Shown here piece after piece: positions 38,340-53,140 of a DNA stretch of 64,000 nucleotides. Source of the stretch: Auanema rhodensis (Eukaryota > Animalia > Nematoda). The notes beneath the pieces are model-generated. The model searched no databases. It was not told the DNA's origin and saw only the letters and a program-made list of their open reading frames with translations. Position numbers and translations under genes: made by a program. Location: contig CAXKVF010000074.1 of assembly GCA_964057225.1 (NCBI GenBank), positions 682,001 to 746,000 of the forward strand. The letters run 5' to 3'. Within the stretch, counting starts at the first letter, position 1; each line of letters opens with the position of its first letter.

Positions 38340-41150
38340 TTCACGTGAAAGATAAAGAGATGCGGTTTTCAAAATTAGATTCCCCATGTCCATATTAGTC
38401 TAAAAACAAATTTTTATTGATATTGCTTCATGGTAACCATGACTTTGAAATTTACGTGAACTTTAATTTATGCTAATTAAATGTACACGTGATGTGCACT
38501 TGGTATGTAACTCGCTTCACGTGAAAGATAAAGAGATGCGGTTTTCAAAATTAGATTCCCCATGTCCATATTAGTCTAAAAACAAATTTTTATTGATATT
38601 GGTTCATGGTAACCATGACTTTGAAATTTACGTGAACTTTAATTGATGCTAATTAAATGTACACGTGATGTGCACTTGGTATGTAACTCGCTTCACGTGA
38701 AAGATAAAGAGATGCGGTTTTCAAAATTAGATTCCCCATGTCCATATTAGTCTAAAAACAAATTTTTATTGATATTGCTTCATGGTAACCATGACTTTGA
38801 AATTTACGTGAACTTTAATTTATGCTAATTAAATGTACACGTGATGTGCACTTGGTATGTAACTCGCTTCACGTGAAAGATAAAGAGATGCGGTTTTCAA
38901 AATTAGATTCCCCATGTCCATATTAGTCTAAAAACAAATTTTTATTGATATTGGTTCATGGTAACCATGACTTTGAAATTTACGTGAACTTTAATTGATG
39001 CTAATTAAATGTACACGTGATGTGCACTTGGTATGTAACTCGCTTCACGTGAAAGATAAAGAGATGCGGTTTTCAAAATTAGATTCCCCATGTCCATATT
39101 AGTCTAAAAACAAATTTTTATTGATATTGCTTCATGGTAACCATGACTTTGAAATTTACGTGAACTTTAATTTATGCTAATTAAATGTACACGTGATGTG
39201 CACTTGGTATGTAACTCGCTTCACGTGAAAGATAAAGAGATGCGGTTTTCAAAATTAGATTCCCCATGTCCATATTAGTCTAAAAACAAATTTTTATTGA
39301 TATTGGTTCATGGTAACCATGACTTTGAATTTTACGTGAACTTTAATTTATGCTAATTAAATGTACACGTGATGTGCACTTGGTATGTAACTCGCTTCAC
39401 GTAAAAGATAAAGAGATGCGGTTTTCAAAATTAGATTCCCCATGTCCATATTAGTCTAAAAACAAATTTTTATTGATATTGCTTCATGGTAACCATGACT
39501 TTGAAATTTCCGTGAACTTTAATTTATGCTAATTAAATGTACACGTGATGTGCACTTGGTATGTAACTCGCTTCACGTGAAAGATAAAGAGATGCGGTTT
39601 TCAAAATTAGATTCCCCATGTCCATATTAGTCTAAAAACAAATTTTTATTGATATTGGTTCATGGTAACCATGACTTTGAAATTTACGTGAACTTTAATT
39701 TATGCTAATTAAATGTACACGTGATGTGCACTTGGTATGTAACTCGCTTCACGTGAAAGATAAAGAGATGCGGTTTTCAAAATTAGATTCCCCATGTCCA
39801 TATTAGTCTAAAAACAAATTTTTATTGATATTGCTTCATGGTAACCATGACTTTGAAATTTACGTGAACTTTAATTTATGCTAATTAAATGTACACGTGA
39901 TGTGCACTTGGTATGTAACTCGCTTCACGTGAAAGATAAAGAGATGCGGTTTTCAAAATTAGATTCCCCATGTCCATATTAGTCTAAAAACAAATTTTTA
40001 TTGATATTGGTTCATGGTAACCATGACTTTGAAATTTACGTGAACTTTAATTGATGCTAATTAAATGTACACGTGATGTGCACTTGGTATGTAACTCGCT
40101 TCACGTGAAAGATAAAGAGATGCGGTTTTCAAAATTAGATTCCCCATGTCCATATTAGTCTAAAAACAAATTTTTATTGATATTGCTTCATGGTAACCAT
40201 GACTTTGAAATTTACGTGAACTTTAATTTATGCTAATTAAATGTACACGTGATGTGCACTTGGTATGTAACTCGCTTCACGTGAAAGATAAAGAGATGCG
40301 GTTTTCAAAATTAGATTCCCCATGTCCATATTAGTCTAAAAACAAATTTTTATTGATATTGGTTCATGGTAACCATGACTTTGAAATTTACGTGAACTTT
40401 AATTGATGCTAATTAAATGTACACGTGATGTGCACTTGGTATGTAACTCGCTTCACGTGAAAGATAAAGAGATGCGGTTTTCAAAATTAGATTCCCCATG
40501 TCCATATTAGTCTAAAAACAAATTTTTATTGATATTGCTTCATGGTAACCATGACTTTGAAATTTACGTGAACTTTAATTTATGCTAATTAAATGTACAC
40601 GTGATGTGCACTTGGTATGTAACTCGCTTCACGTGAAAGATAAAGAGATGCGGTTTTCAAAATTAGATTCCCCATGTCCATATTAGTCTAAAAACAAATT
40701 TTTATTGATATTGGTTCATGGTAACCATGACTTTGAATTTTACGTGAACTTTAATTTATGCTAATTAAATGTACACGTGATGTGCACTTGGTATGTAACT
40801 CGCTTCACGTAAAAGATAAAGAGATGCGGTTTTCAAAATTAGATTCCCCATGTCCATATTAGTCTAAAAACAAATTTTTATTGATATTGCTTCATGGTAA
40901 CCATGACTTTGAAATTTCCGTGAACTTTAATTTATGCTAATTAAATGTACACGTGATGTGCACTTGGTATGTAACTCGCTTCACGTGAAAGATAAAGAGA
41001 TGCGGTTTTCAAAATTAGATTCCCCATGTCCATATTAGTCTAAAAACAAATTTTTATTGATATTGGTTCATGGTAACCATGACTTTGAAATTTACGTGAA
41101 CTTTAATTTATGCTAATTAAATGTACACGTGATGTGCACTTGGTATGTAA
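38340..41150. repeat. Tandem duplication of an 8-monomer (1,408-bp) block; boundaries approximate
   Basis: Variants recur at +1408: 38645/40053, 38997/40405, 39403/40811. Confidence 0.85.
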
Positions 41151-44100
41151 CTCGCTTCACGTGAAAGATAAAGAGATGCGGTTTTCAAAATTATATTCCC
41201 CATGTCCATATTAGTCTAAAAACAAATTTTTATTGATATTGCTTCATGGTAACCATGACTTTGAAATTTCCGTGAACTTTAATTTATGCTAATTAAATGT
41301 ACACGTGATGTGCACTTGGTATGTAACTCGCTTCACGTGAAAGATGAAGAGATGCGGTTTTCAAAATTAGATTCCCCATGTCCATATTAGTCTAAAAACA
41401 AATTTTTATTGATATTGGTGCATGGTAACCATGACTTTGAAATTTACGTGAACTTTAATTTATGCTAATTAAATGTACACGTGATGTGCACTTGGTATGT
41501 AACTCGCTTCACGTGAAAGATAAAGAGATGCGGTTTTCAAAATTAGATTCCCCATGTCCATATTAGTTTAAAAACAATTTTTTATTGATATTGGTGCATG
41601 GTAACCATGACTTTGAAATTTACGTGAACTTTAATTTATGCTAATTAAATGTACACGTGATGTGCACTTGGTATGTAACTCGCTTCACGTGAAAGATAAA
41701 GAGATGCGGTTTTCAAAATTAGATTCCCCATATCCATATTAGTTTAAAAACAAATTTTTATTGATATTGGTGCATGGTAACCATGACTTTGAAATTTACG
41801 TGAACTTTAATTTATGCTAATTAAATGTACACGTGATGTGCACTTGGTATGTAACTCGCTTCACGTGAAAGATGAAGAGATGCGGTTTTCAAAATCAGAT
41901 TCCCCATGTCCATATTAGTCTAAAAACAAATTTTTATTGATATTGGTGCATGGTAACCATGACTTTGAAATTTACGTGAACTTTAATTTATGCTAATTAA
42001 ATGTACATGTGATGTGCACTTGGTATGTAACTCGCTTCACGTGAAAGATGAAGAGATGCGGTTTTCAAAATTAGATTCCCCATGTCCATATTAGTCTAAA
42101 AACAAATTTTTATTGATATTGGTTCATGGTAACCATGACTTTGAAATTTACGTGAACTTTAATTTATGCTAATTAAATGTACACGTGATGTGCACTTGGT
42201 ATGTAACTCGCTTCACGTGAAAGATAAAGAGATGCGGTTTTCAAAATTAGATTCCCCATGTCCATATTAGTCTAAAAACAAATTTTTATTGATATTAGTT
42301 CATGGTAACCATGACTTTGAAATTTACGTGAACTTTAATTTATGCTAATTAAATGTACACGTGATGTGCACTTGGTATGTAACTCGCTTCACGTGAAAGA
42401 TAAAGAGATGCGGTTTTCAAAATTAGATTCCCCATGTCCATATTAGTCTAAAAACAAATTTTTATTGATATTGGTTCATGGTAACCATGACTTTGAAATT
42501 TACGTGAACTTTAATTGATGCTAATTAAATGTACACGTGATGTGCACTTGGTATGTAACTCGCTTCACGTGAAAGATAAAGAGATGCGGTTTTCAAAATT
42601 AGATTCCCCATGTCCATATTAGTCTAAAAACAAATTTTTATTGATATTGCTTCATGGTAACCATGACTTTGAAATTTACGTGAACTTTAATTTATGCTAA
42701 TTAAATGTACACGTGATGTGCACTTGGTATGTAACTCGCTTCACGTGAAAGATAAAGAGATGCGGTTTTCAAAATTAGATTCCCCATGTCCATATTAGTC
42801 TAAAAACAAATTTTTATTGATATTGGTTCATGGTAACCATGACTTTGAAATTTACGTGAACTTTAATTAATGCTAATTAAATGTACACGTGATGTGCACT
42901 TGGTATGTAACTCGCTTCACGTGAAAGATAAAGAGATGCGGTTTTCAAAATTAGATTCCCCATGTCCATATTAGTCTAAAAACAAATTTTTATTGATATT
43001 GCTTCATGGTAACCATGACTTTGAAATTTACGTGAACTTTAATTTATGCTAATTAAATGTACACGTGATGTGCACTTGGAATGTAACTCGCTTCACGTGA
43101 AAGATAAAGAGATGCGGTTTTCAAAATTAGATTCCCCATGTCCATATTAGTCTAAAAACAAATTTTTATTGATATTGCTTCATGGTAACCATGACTTTGA
43201 AATTTACGTGAACTTTAATTTATGCTAATTAAATGTACACGTGATGTGCACTTGGTATGTAACTCGCTTCACGTGAAAGATAAAGAGATGCGGTTTTCAA
43301 AATTAGATTCCCCATGTCCATATTAGTCTAAAAACAAATTTTCATTGATATTGGTTCATGGTAACCATGACTTTGAAATTTACGTGAACTTTAATTTATG
43401 CTAATTAAATGTACACGTGATGTGCACTTGGTATGTAACTCGCTTCACGTGAAAGATAAAGAGATGCGGTTTTCAAAATTAGATTCCCCATGTCCATATT
43501 AGTCTAAAAACAAATTTTTATTGATATTGCTTCATGGTAACCATGACTTTGAAATTTACGTGAACTTTAATTTATGCTAATTAAATGTACACGTGATGTG
43601 CACTTGGTATGTAACTCGCTTCACGTGAAAGATAAAGAGATGCGGTTTTCAAAATTAGATTCCCCATGTCCATATTAGTCTAAAAACAAATTTTTATTGA
43701 TATTGGTTCATGGTAACCATGACTTTGAATTTTACGTGAACTTTAATTTATGCTAATTAAATGTACACGTGATGTGCACTTGGTATGTAACTCGCTTCAC
43801 GTGAAAGATAAAGAGATGCGGTTTTCAAAATTAGATTCCCCATGTCCATATTAGTCTAAAAACAAATTTTCATTGATATTGGTTCATGGTAACCATGACT
43901 TTGAAATTTACGTGAACTTTAATTTATGCTAATTAAATGTACACGTGATGTGCACTTGGTATGTAACTCGCTTCACGTGAAAGATAAAGAGATGCGGTTT
44001 TTAAAATTAGATTCCCCATGTCCATATTAGTCTAAAAACAAATTTTTATTGATATTGCTTCATGGTAACCATGACTTTGAAATTTACTTGAACTTTAATT

Positions 44101-46099
44101 TATGCTAATTAAATGTACACGTGATGTGCACTTGGTATGTAACTCGCTTCACGTGAAAGATAAAGAGATGCGGTTTTCAAAATTAGATTCCCCATGTCCA
44201 TATTAGTCTAAAAACAAATTTTTATTGATATTGGTTCATGGTAACCATGACTTTGAATTTTACGTGAACTTTAATTTATGCTAATTAAATGTACACGTGA
44301 TGTGCACTTGGTATGTAACTCGCTTCACGTGAAAGATAAAGAGATGCGGTTTTCAAAATTAGATTCCCCATGTCCATATTAGTCTAAAAACAAATTTTTA
44401 TTGATATTGCTTCATGGTAACCATGACTTTGAAATTTCCGTGAACTTTAATTTATGCTAATTAAATGTACACGTGATGTGCACTTGGTATGTAACTCGCT
44501 TCACGTGAAAGATAAAGAGATGCGGTTTTCAAAATTAGATTCCCCATGTCCATATTAGTCTAAAAACAAATTTTTATTGATATTGGTTCATGGTAACCAT
44601 GACTTTGAATTTTACGTGAACTTTAATTTATGCTAATTAAATGTACACGTGATGTGCACTTGGTATGTAACTCGCTTCACGTGAAAGATAAAGAGATGCG
44701 GTTTTCAAAATTAGATTCCCCATGTCCATATTAGTCTAAAAACAAATTTTTATTGATATTGGTTCATGGTAACCATGACTTTGAAATTTACGTGAACTTT
44801 AATTAATGCTAATTAAATGTACACGTGATGTGCACTTGGTATGTAACTCGCTTCACGTGAAAGATAAAGAGATGCGGTTTTCAAAATTATATTCCCCATG
44901 TCCATATTAGTCTAAAAACAAATTTTTATTGATATTGCTTCATGGTAACCATGACTTTGAAATTTACGTGAACTTTAATTTATGCTAATTAAATGTACAC
45001 GTGATGTGCACTTGGTATGTAACTCGCTTCACGTGAAAGATAAAGAGATGCGGTTTTCAAAATTAGATTCCCCATGTCCATATTAGTCTAAAAACAAATT
45101 TTTATTGATATTGGTTCATGGTAACCATGACTTTGAATTTTACGTGAACTTTAATTTATGCTAATTAAATGTACACGTGATGTGCACTTGGTATGTAACT
45201 CGCTTCACGTGAAAGATAAAGAGATGCGGTTTTCAAAATTAGATTCCCCATGTCCATATTAGTCTAAAAACAAATTTTTATTGATATTGGTTCATGGTAA
45301 CCATGACTTTGAAATTTACGTGAACTTTAATTTATGCTAATTAAATGTACACGTGATGTGCACTTGGTATGTAACTCGCTTCACGTGAAAGATAAAGAGA
45401 TGCGGTTTTCAAAATTATATTCCCCATGTCCATATTAGTCTAAAAACAAATTTTTATTGATATTGCTTCATGGTAACCATGACTTTGAAATTTACTTGAA
45501 CTTTAATTTATGCTAATTAAATGTACACGTGATGTGCACTTGGTATGTAACTCGCTTCACGTGAAAGATGAAGAGATGCGGTTTTCAAAATTAGATTCCC
45601 CATGTCCATATTAGTCTAAAAACAAATTTTTATTGATATTGGTGCATGGTAACCATGACTTTGAAATTTACGTGAACTTTAATTTATGCTAATTAAATGT
45701 ACACGTGATGTGCACTTGGTATGTAACTCGCTTCACGTGAAAGATAAAGAGATGCGGTTTTCAAAATTAGATTCCCCATGTCCATATTAGTCTAAAAACA
45801 AATTTTTATTGATATTGGTTCATGGTAACCATGACTTTGAAATTTACGTGAACTTTAATTTATGCTAATTAAATGTACACGTGATGTGCACTTGGTATGT
45901 AACTCGCTTCACGTGAAAGATAAAGAGATGCGGTTTTCAAAATTATATTCCCCATGTCCATATTAGTCTAAAAACAAATTTTTATTGATATTGCTTCATG
46001 GTAACCATGACTTTGAAATTTACTTGAACTTTAATTTATGCTAATTAAATGTACACGTGATGTGCACTTGGTATGTAACTCGCTTCACGTGAAAGATGA

Positions 46100-49000
46100 A
46101 GAGATGCGGTTTTCAAAATTAGATTCCCCATGTCCATATTAGTCTAAAAACAAATTTTTATTGATATTGGTGCATAGTAACCATGACTTTGAAATTTACG
46201 TGAACTTTAATTTATGCTAATTAAATGTACACGTGATGTGCACTTGGTATGTAACTCGCTTCACGTGAAAGATAAAGAGATGCGGTTTTCAAAATTAGAT
46301 TCCCCATGTCCATATTAGTCTAAAAACAAATTTTTATTGATATTGGTTCATGGTAACCATGACTTTGAATTTTACGTGAACTTTAATTTATGCTAATTAA
46401 ATGTACACGTGATGTGCACTTGGTATGTAACTCGCTTCACGTGAAAGATAAAGAGATGCGGTTTTCAAAATTAGATTCCCCATGTCCATATTAGTCTAAA
46501 AACAAATTTTTATTGATATTGGTGCATGGTAACCATGACTTTGAAATTTACGTGAACTTTAATTTATGCTAATTAAATGTACACGTGATGTGCACTTGGT
46601 ATGTAACTCGCTTCACGTGAAAGATAAAGAGATGCGGTTTGCAAAATTAGATTCCCCATGTCCATATTAGTCTAAAAACAAATTTTTATTGATATTGGTG
46701 CATGGTAACCATGACTTTGAAATTTACGTGAACTTTAATTTATGCTAATTAAATGTACATGTGATGTGCACTTGGTATGTAACTCGCTTCACGTGAAAGA
46801 TGAAGAGATGCGGTTTTCAAAATTAGATTCCCCATGTCCATATTAGTCTAAAAACAAATTTTTATTGATATTGGTTCATGGTAACCATGACTTTGAAATT
46901 TACGTGAACTTTAATTTATGCTAATTAAATGTACACGTGATGTGCACTTGGTATGTAACTCGCTTCACGTGAAAGATAAAGAGATGCGGTTTTCAAAATT
47001 AGATTCCCCATGTCCATATTAGTCTAAAAACAAATTTTTATTGATATTAGTTCATGGTAACCATGACTTTGAAATTTACGTGAACTTTAATTTATGCTAA
47101 TTAAATGTACACGTGATGTGCACTTGGTATGTAACTCGCTTCACGTGAAAGATAAAGAGATGCGGTTTTCAAAATTAGATTCCCCATGTCCATATTAGTC
47201 TAAAAACAAATTTTTATTGATATTGGTTCATGGTAACCATGACTTTGAAATTTACGTGAACTTTAATTTATGCTAATTAAATGTACACGTGATGTGCACT
47301 TGGTATGTAACTCGCTTCACGTGAAAGATAAAGAGATGCGGTTTTCAAAATTAGATTCCCCATGTCCATATTAGTCTAAAAACAAATTTTTATTGATATT
47401 GCTTCATGGTAACCATGACTTTGAAATTTACGTGAACTTTAATTTATGCTAATTAAATGTACACGTGATGTGCACTTGGTATGTAACTCGCTTCACGTGA
47501 AAGATAAAGAGATGCGGTTTTCAAAATTAGATTCCCCATGTCCATATTAGTCTAAAAACAAATTTTTATTGATATTGGTTCATGGTAACCATGACTTTGA
47601 AATTTACGTGAACTTTAATTAATGCTAATTAAATGTACACGTGATGTGCACTTGGTATGTAACTCGCTTCACGTGAAAGATAAAGAGATGCGGTTTTCAA
47701 AATTAGATTCCCCATGTCCATATTAGTCTAAAAACAAATTTTTATTGATATTGCTTCATGGTAACCATGACTTTGAAATTTACGTGAACTTTAATTTATG
47801 CTAATTAAATGTACACGTGATGTGCACTTGGTATGTAACTCGCTTCACGTGAAAGATAAAGAGATGCGGTTTTCAAAATTAGATTCCCCATGTCCATATT
47901 AGTCTGAAAACAAATTTTTATTGATATTGGTTCATGGTAACCATGACTTTGAATTTTACGTGAACTTTAATTTATGCTAATTAAATGTACACGTGATGTG
48001 CACTTGGTATGTAACTCGCTTCACGTGAAAGATAAAGAGATGCGGTTTTCAAAATTAGATTCCCCATGTCCATATTAGTCTAAAAACAAATTTTCATTGA
48101 TATTGGTTCATGGTAACCATGACTTTGAAATTTACGTGAACTTTAATTTATGCTAATTAAATGTACACGTGATGTGCACTTGGTATGTAACTCGCTTCAC
48201 GTGAAAGATAAAGAGATGCGGTTTTCAAAATTAGATTCCCCATGTCCATATTAGTCTAAAAACAAATTTTTATTGATATTGCTTCATGGTAACCATGACT
48301 TTGAAATTTACTTGAACTTTAATTTATGCTAATTAAATGTACACGTGATGTGCACTTGGTATGTAACTCGCTTCACGTGAAAGATAAAGAGATGCGGTTT
48401 TCAAAATTAGATTCCCCATGTCCATATTAGTCTAAAAACAAATTTTTATTGATATTGGTTCATGGTAACCATGACTTTGAATTTTACGTGAACTTTAATT
48501 TATGCTAATTAAATGTACACGTGATGTGCACTTGGTATGTAACTCGCTTCACGTGAAAGATAAAGAGATGCGGTTTTCAAAATTAGATTCCCCATGTCCA
48601 TATTAGTCTAAAAACAAATTTTTATTGATATTGCTTCATGGTAACCATGACTTTGAAATTTCCGTGAACTTTAATTTATGCTAATTAAATGTACACGTGA
48701 TGTGCACTTGGTATGTAACTCGCTTCACGTGAAAGATAAAGAGATGCGGTTTTCAAAATTAGATTCCCCATGTCCATATTAGTCTAAAAACAAATTTTTA
48801 TTGATATTGGTTCATGGTAACCATGACTTTGAAATTTACGTGAACTTTAATTTATGCTAATTAAATGTACACGTGATGTGCACTTGGTATGTAACTCGCT
48901 TCACGTGAAAGATAAAGAGATGCGGTTTTCAAAATTAGATTCCCCATGTCCATATTAGTCTAAAAACAAATTTTTATTGATATTGGTGCATGGTAACCAT

Positions 49001-52000
49001 GACTTTGAAATTTACGTGAACTTTAATTTATGCTAATTAAATGTACACGTGATGTGCACTTGGTATGTAACTCGCTTCACGTGAAAGATAAAGAGATGCG
49101 GTTTTCAAAATTAGATTCCCCATGTCCATATTAGTTTCAAAACAAATTTTTATTGATATTGGTGCATGGTAACCATGACTTTGAAATTTACGTGAACTTT
49201 AATTTATGCTAATTAAATGTACACGTGATGTGCACTTGGTATGTAACTCGCTTCACGTGAAAGATGAAGAGATGCGGTTTTCAAAATTAGATTCCCCATG
49301 TCCATATTAGTCTAAAAACAAATTTTTATTGATATTGGTGCATGGTAACCATGACTTTGAAATTTACGTGAACTTTAATTTATGCTAATTAAATGTACAC
49401 GTGATGTGCAATTGGTATGTAACTCGCTTCACGTGAAAGATGAAGAGATGCGGTTTTCAAAATTAGATTCCCCATGTCCATATTAGTCTAAAAACAAATT
49501 TTTATTGATATTGGTTCATGGTAACCATGACTTTGAAATTTACGTGAACTTTAATTTATGCTAATTAAATGTACACGTGATGTGCACTTGGTATGTAACT
49601 CGCTTCACGTGAAAGATAAAGAGATGCGGTTTTCAAAATTAGATTCCCCATGTCCATATTAGTCTAAAAACAAATTTTTATTGATATTGGTGCATAGTAA
49701 CCATGACTTTGAAATTTACGTGAACTTTAATTTATGCTAATTAAATGTACACGTGATGTGCACTTGGTATGTAACTCGCTTCACGTGAAAGATAAAGAGA
49801 TGCGGTTTTCAAAATTAGATTCCCCATGTCCATATTAGTCTAAAAACAAATTTTTATTGATATTGGTTCATGGTAACCATGACTTTGAATTTTACGTGAA
49901 CTTTAATTTATGCTAATTAAATGTACACGTGATGTGCACTTGGTATGTAACTCGCTTCACGTGAAAGATAAAGAGATGCGGTTTTCAAAATTAGATTCCC
50001 CATGTCCATATTAGTCTAAAAACAAATTTTTATTGATATTGGTGCATGGTAACCATGACTTTGAAATTTACGTGAACTTTAATTTATGCTAATTAAATGT
50101 ACACGTGATGTGCACTTGGTATGTAACTCGCTTCACGTGAAAGATAAAGAGATGCGGTTTGCAAAATTAGATTCCCCATGTCCATATTAGTCTAAAAACA
50201 AATTTTTATTGATATTGGTGCATGGTAACCATGACTTTGAAATTTACGTGAACTTTAATTTATGCTAATTAAATGTACATGTGATGTGCACTTGGTATGT
50301 AACTCGCTTCACGTGAAAGATGAAGAGATGCGGTTTTCAAAATTAGATTCCCCATGTCCATATTAGTCTAAAAACAAATTTTTATTGATATTGGTTCATG
50401 GTAACCATGACTTTGAAATTTACGTGAACTTTAATTTATGCTAATTAAATGTACACGTGATGTGCACTTGGTATGTAACTCGCTTCACGTGAAAGATAAA
50501 GAGATGCGGTTTTCAAAATTAGATTCCCCATGTCCATATTAGTCTAAAAACAAATTTTTATTGATATTAGTTCATGGTAACCATGACTTTGAAATTTACG
50601 TGAACTTTAATTTATGCTAATTAAATGTACACGTGATGTGCACTTGGTATGTAACTCGCTTCACGTGAAAGATAAAGAGATGCGGTTTTCGAAATTAGAT
50701 TCCCCATGTCCATATTAGTCTAAAAACAAATTTTTATTGATATTGGTTCATGGTAACCATGACTTTGAAATTTACGTGAACTTTAATTTATGCTAATTAA
50801 ATGTACACGTGATGTGCACTTGGTATGTAACTCGCTTCACGTGAAAGATAAAGAGATGCGGTTTTCAAAATTAGATTCCCCATGTCCATATTAGTCTAAA
50901 AACAAATTTTTATTGATATTGCTTCATGGTAACCATGACTTTGAAATTTACGTGAACTTTAATTTATGCTAATTAAATGTACACGTGATGTGCACTTGGT
51001 ATGTAACTCGCTTCACGTGAAAGATAAAGAGATGCGGTTTTCAAAATTAGATTCCCCATGTCCATATTAGTCTAAAAACAAATTTTTATTGATATTGGTT
51101 CATGGTAACCATGACTTTGAAATTTACGTGAACTTTAATTAATGCTAATTAAATGTACACGTGATGTGCACTTGGTATGTAACTCGCTTCACGTGAAAGA
51201 TAAAGAGATGCGGTTTTCAAAATTAGATTCCCCATGTCCATATTAGTCTAAAAACAAATTTTTATTGATATTGCTTCATGGTAACCATGACTTTGAAATT
51301 TACGTGAACTTTAATTTATGCTAATTAAATGTACACGTGATGTGCACTTGGTATGTAACTCGCTTCACGTGAAAGATAAAGAGATGCGGTTTTCAAAATT
51401 AGATTCCCCATGTCCATATTAGTCTGAAAACAAATTTTTATTGATATTGGTTCATGGTAACCATGACTTTGAATTTTACGTGAACTTTAATTTATGCTAA
51501 TTAAATGTACACGTGATGTGCACTTGGTATGTAACTCGCTTCACGTGAAAGATAAAGAGATGCGGTTTTCAAAATTAGATTCCCCATGTCCATATTAGTC
51601 TAAAAACAAATTTTCATTGATATTGGTTCATGGTAACCATGACTTTGAAATTTACGTGAACTTTAATTTATGCTAATTAAATGTACACGTGATGTGCACT
51701 TGGTATGTAACTCGCTTCACGTGAAAGATAAAGAGATGCGGTTTTCAAAATTAGATTCCCCATGTCCATATTAGTCTAAAAACAAATTTTTATTGATATT
51801 GCTTCATGGTAACCATGACTTTGAAATTTACTTGAACTTTAATTTATGCTAATTAAATGTACACGTGATGTGCACTTGGTATGTAACTCGCTTCACGTGA
51901 AAGATAAAGAGATGCGGTTTTCAAAATTAGATTCCCCATGTCCATATTAGTCTAAAAACAAATTTTTATTGATATTGGTTCATGGTAACCATGACTTTGA

Positions 52001-53140
52001 ATTTTACGTGAACTTTAATTTATGCTAATTAAATGTACACGTGATGTGCACTTGGTATGTAACTCGCTTCACGTGAAAGATAAAGAGATGCGGTTTTCAA
52101 AATTAGATTCCCCATGTCCATATTAGTCTAAAAACAAATTTTTATTGATATTGCTTCATGGTAACCATGACTTTGAAATTTCCGTGAACTTTAATTTATG
52201 CTAATTAAATGTACACGTGATGTGCACTTGGTATGTAACTCGCTTCACGTGAAAGATAAAGAGATGCGGTTTTCAAAATTAGATTCCCCATGTCCATATT
52301 AGTCTAAAAACAAATTTTTATTGATATTGGTTCATGGTAACCATGACTTTGAAATTTACGTGAACTTTAATTTATGCTAATTAAATGTACACGTGATGTG
52401 CACTTGGTATGTAACTCGCTTCACGTGAAAGATAAAGAGATGCGGTTTTCAAAATTAGATTCCCCATGTCCATATTAGTCTAAAAACAAATTTTTATTGA
52501 TATTGGTGCATGGTAACCATGACTTTGAAATTTACGTGAACTTTAATTTATGCTAATTAAATGTACACGTGATGTGCACTTGGTATGTAACTCGCTTCAC
52601 GTGAAAGATAAAGAGATGCGGTTTTCAAAATTAGATTCCCCATGTCCATATTAGTTTCAAAACAAATTTTTATTGATATTGGTGCATGGTAACCATGACT
52701 TTGAAATTTACGTGAACTTTAATTTATGCTAATTAAATGTACACGTGATGTGCACTTGGTATGTAACTCGCTTCACGTGAAAGATGAAGAGATGCGGTTT
52801 TCAAAATTAGATTCCCCATGTCCATATTAGTCTAAAAACAAATTTTTATTGATATTGGTGCATGGTAACCATGACTTTGAAATTTACGTGAACTTTAATT
52901 TATGCTAATTAAATGTACACGTGATGTGCAATTGGTATGTAACTCGCTTCACGTGAAAGATGAAGAGATGCGGTTTTCAAAATTAGATTCCCCATGTCCA
53001 TATTAGTCTAAAAACAAATTTTTATTGATATTGGTTCATGGTAACCATGACTTTGAAATTTACGTGAACTTTAATTTATGCTAATTAAATGTACACGTGA
53101 TGTGCACTTGGTATGTAACTCGCTTCACGTGAAAGATAAA
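46100..53140. repeat. Tandem duplication of a 20-monomer (3,520-bp) block; boundaries approximate
   Basis: Variants recur at +3520: 46176/49696, 46641/50161, 47906/51426, 49138/52658, 49411/52931. Confidence 0.9.
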
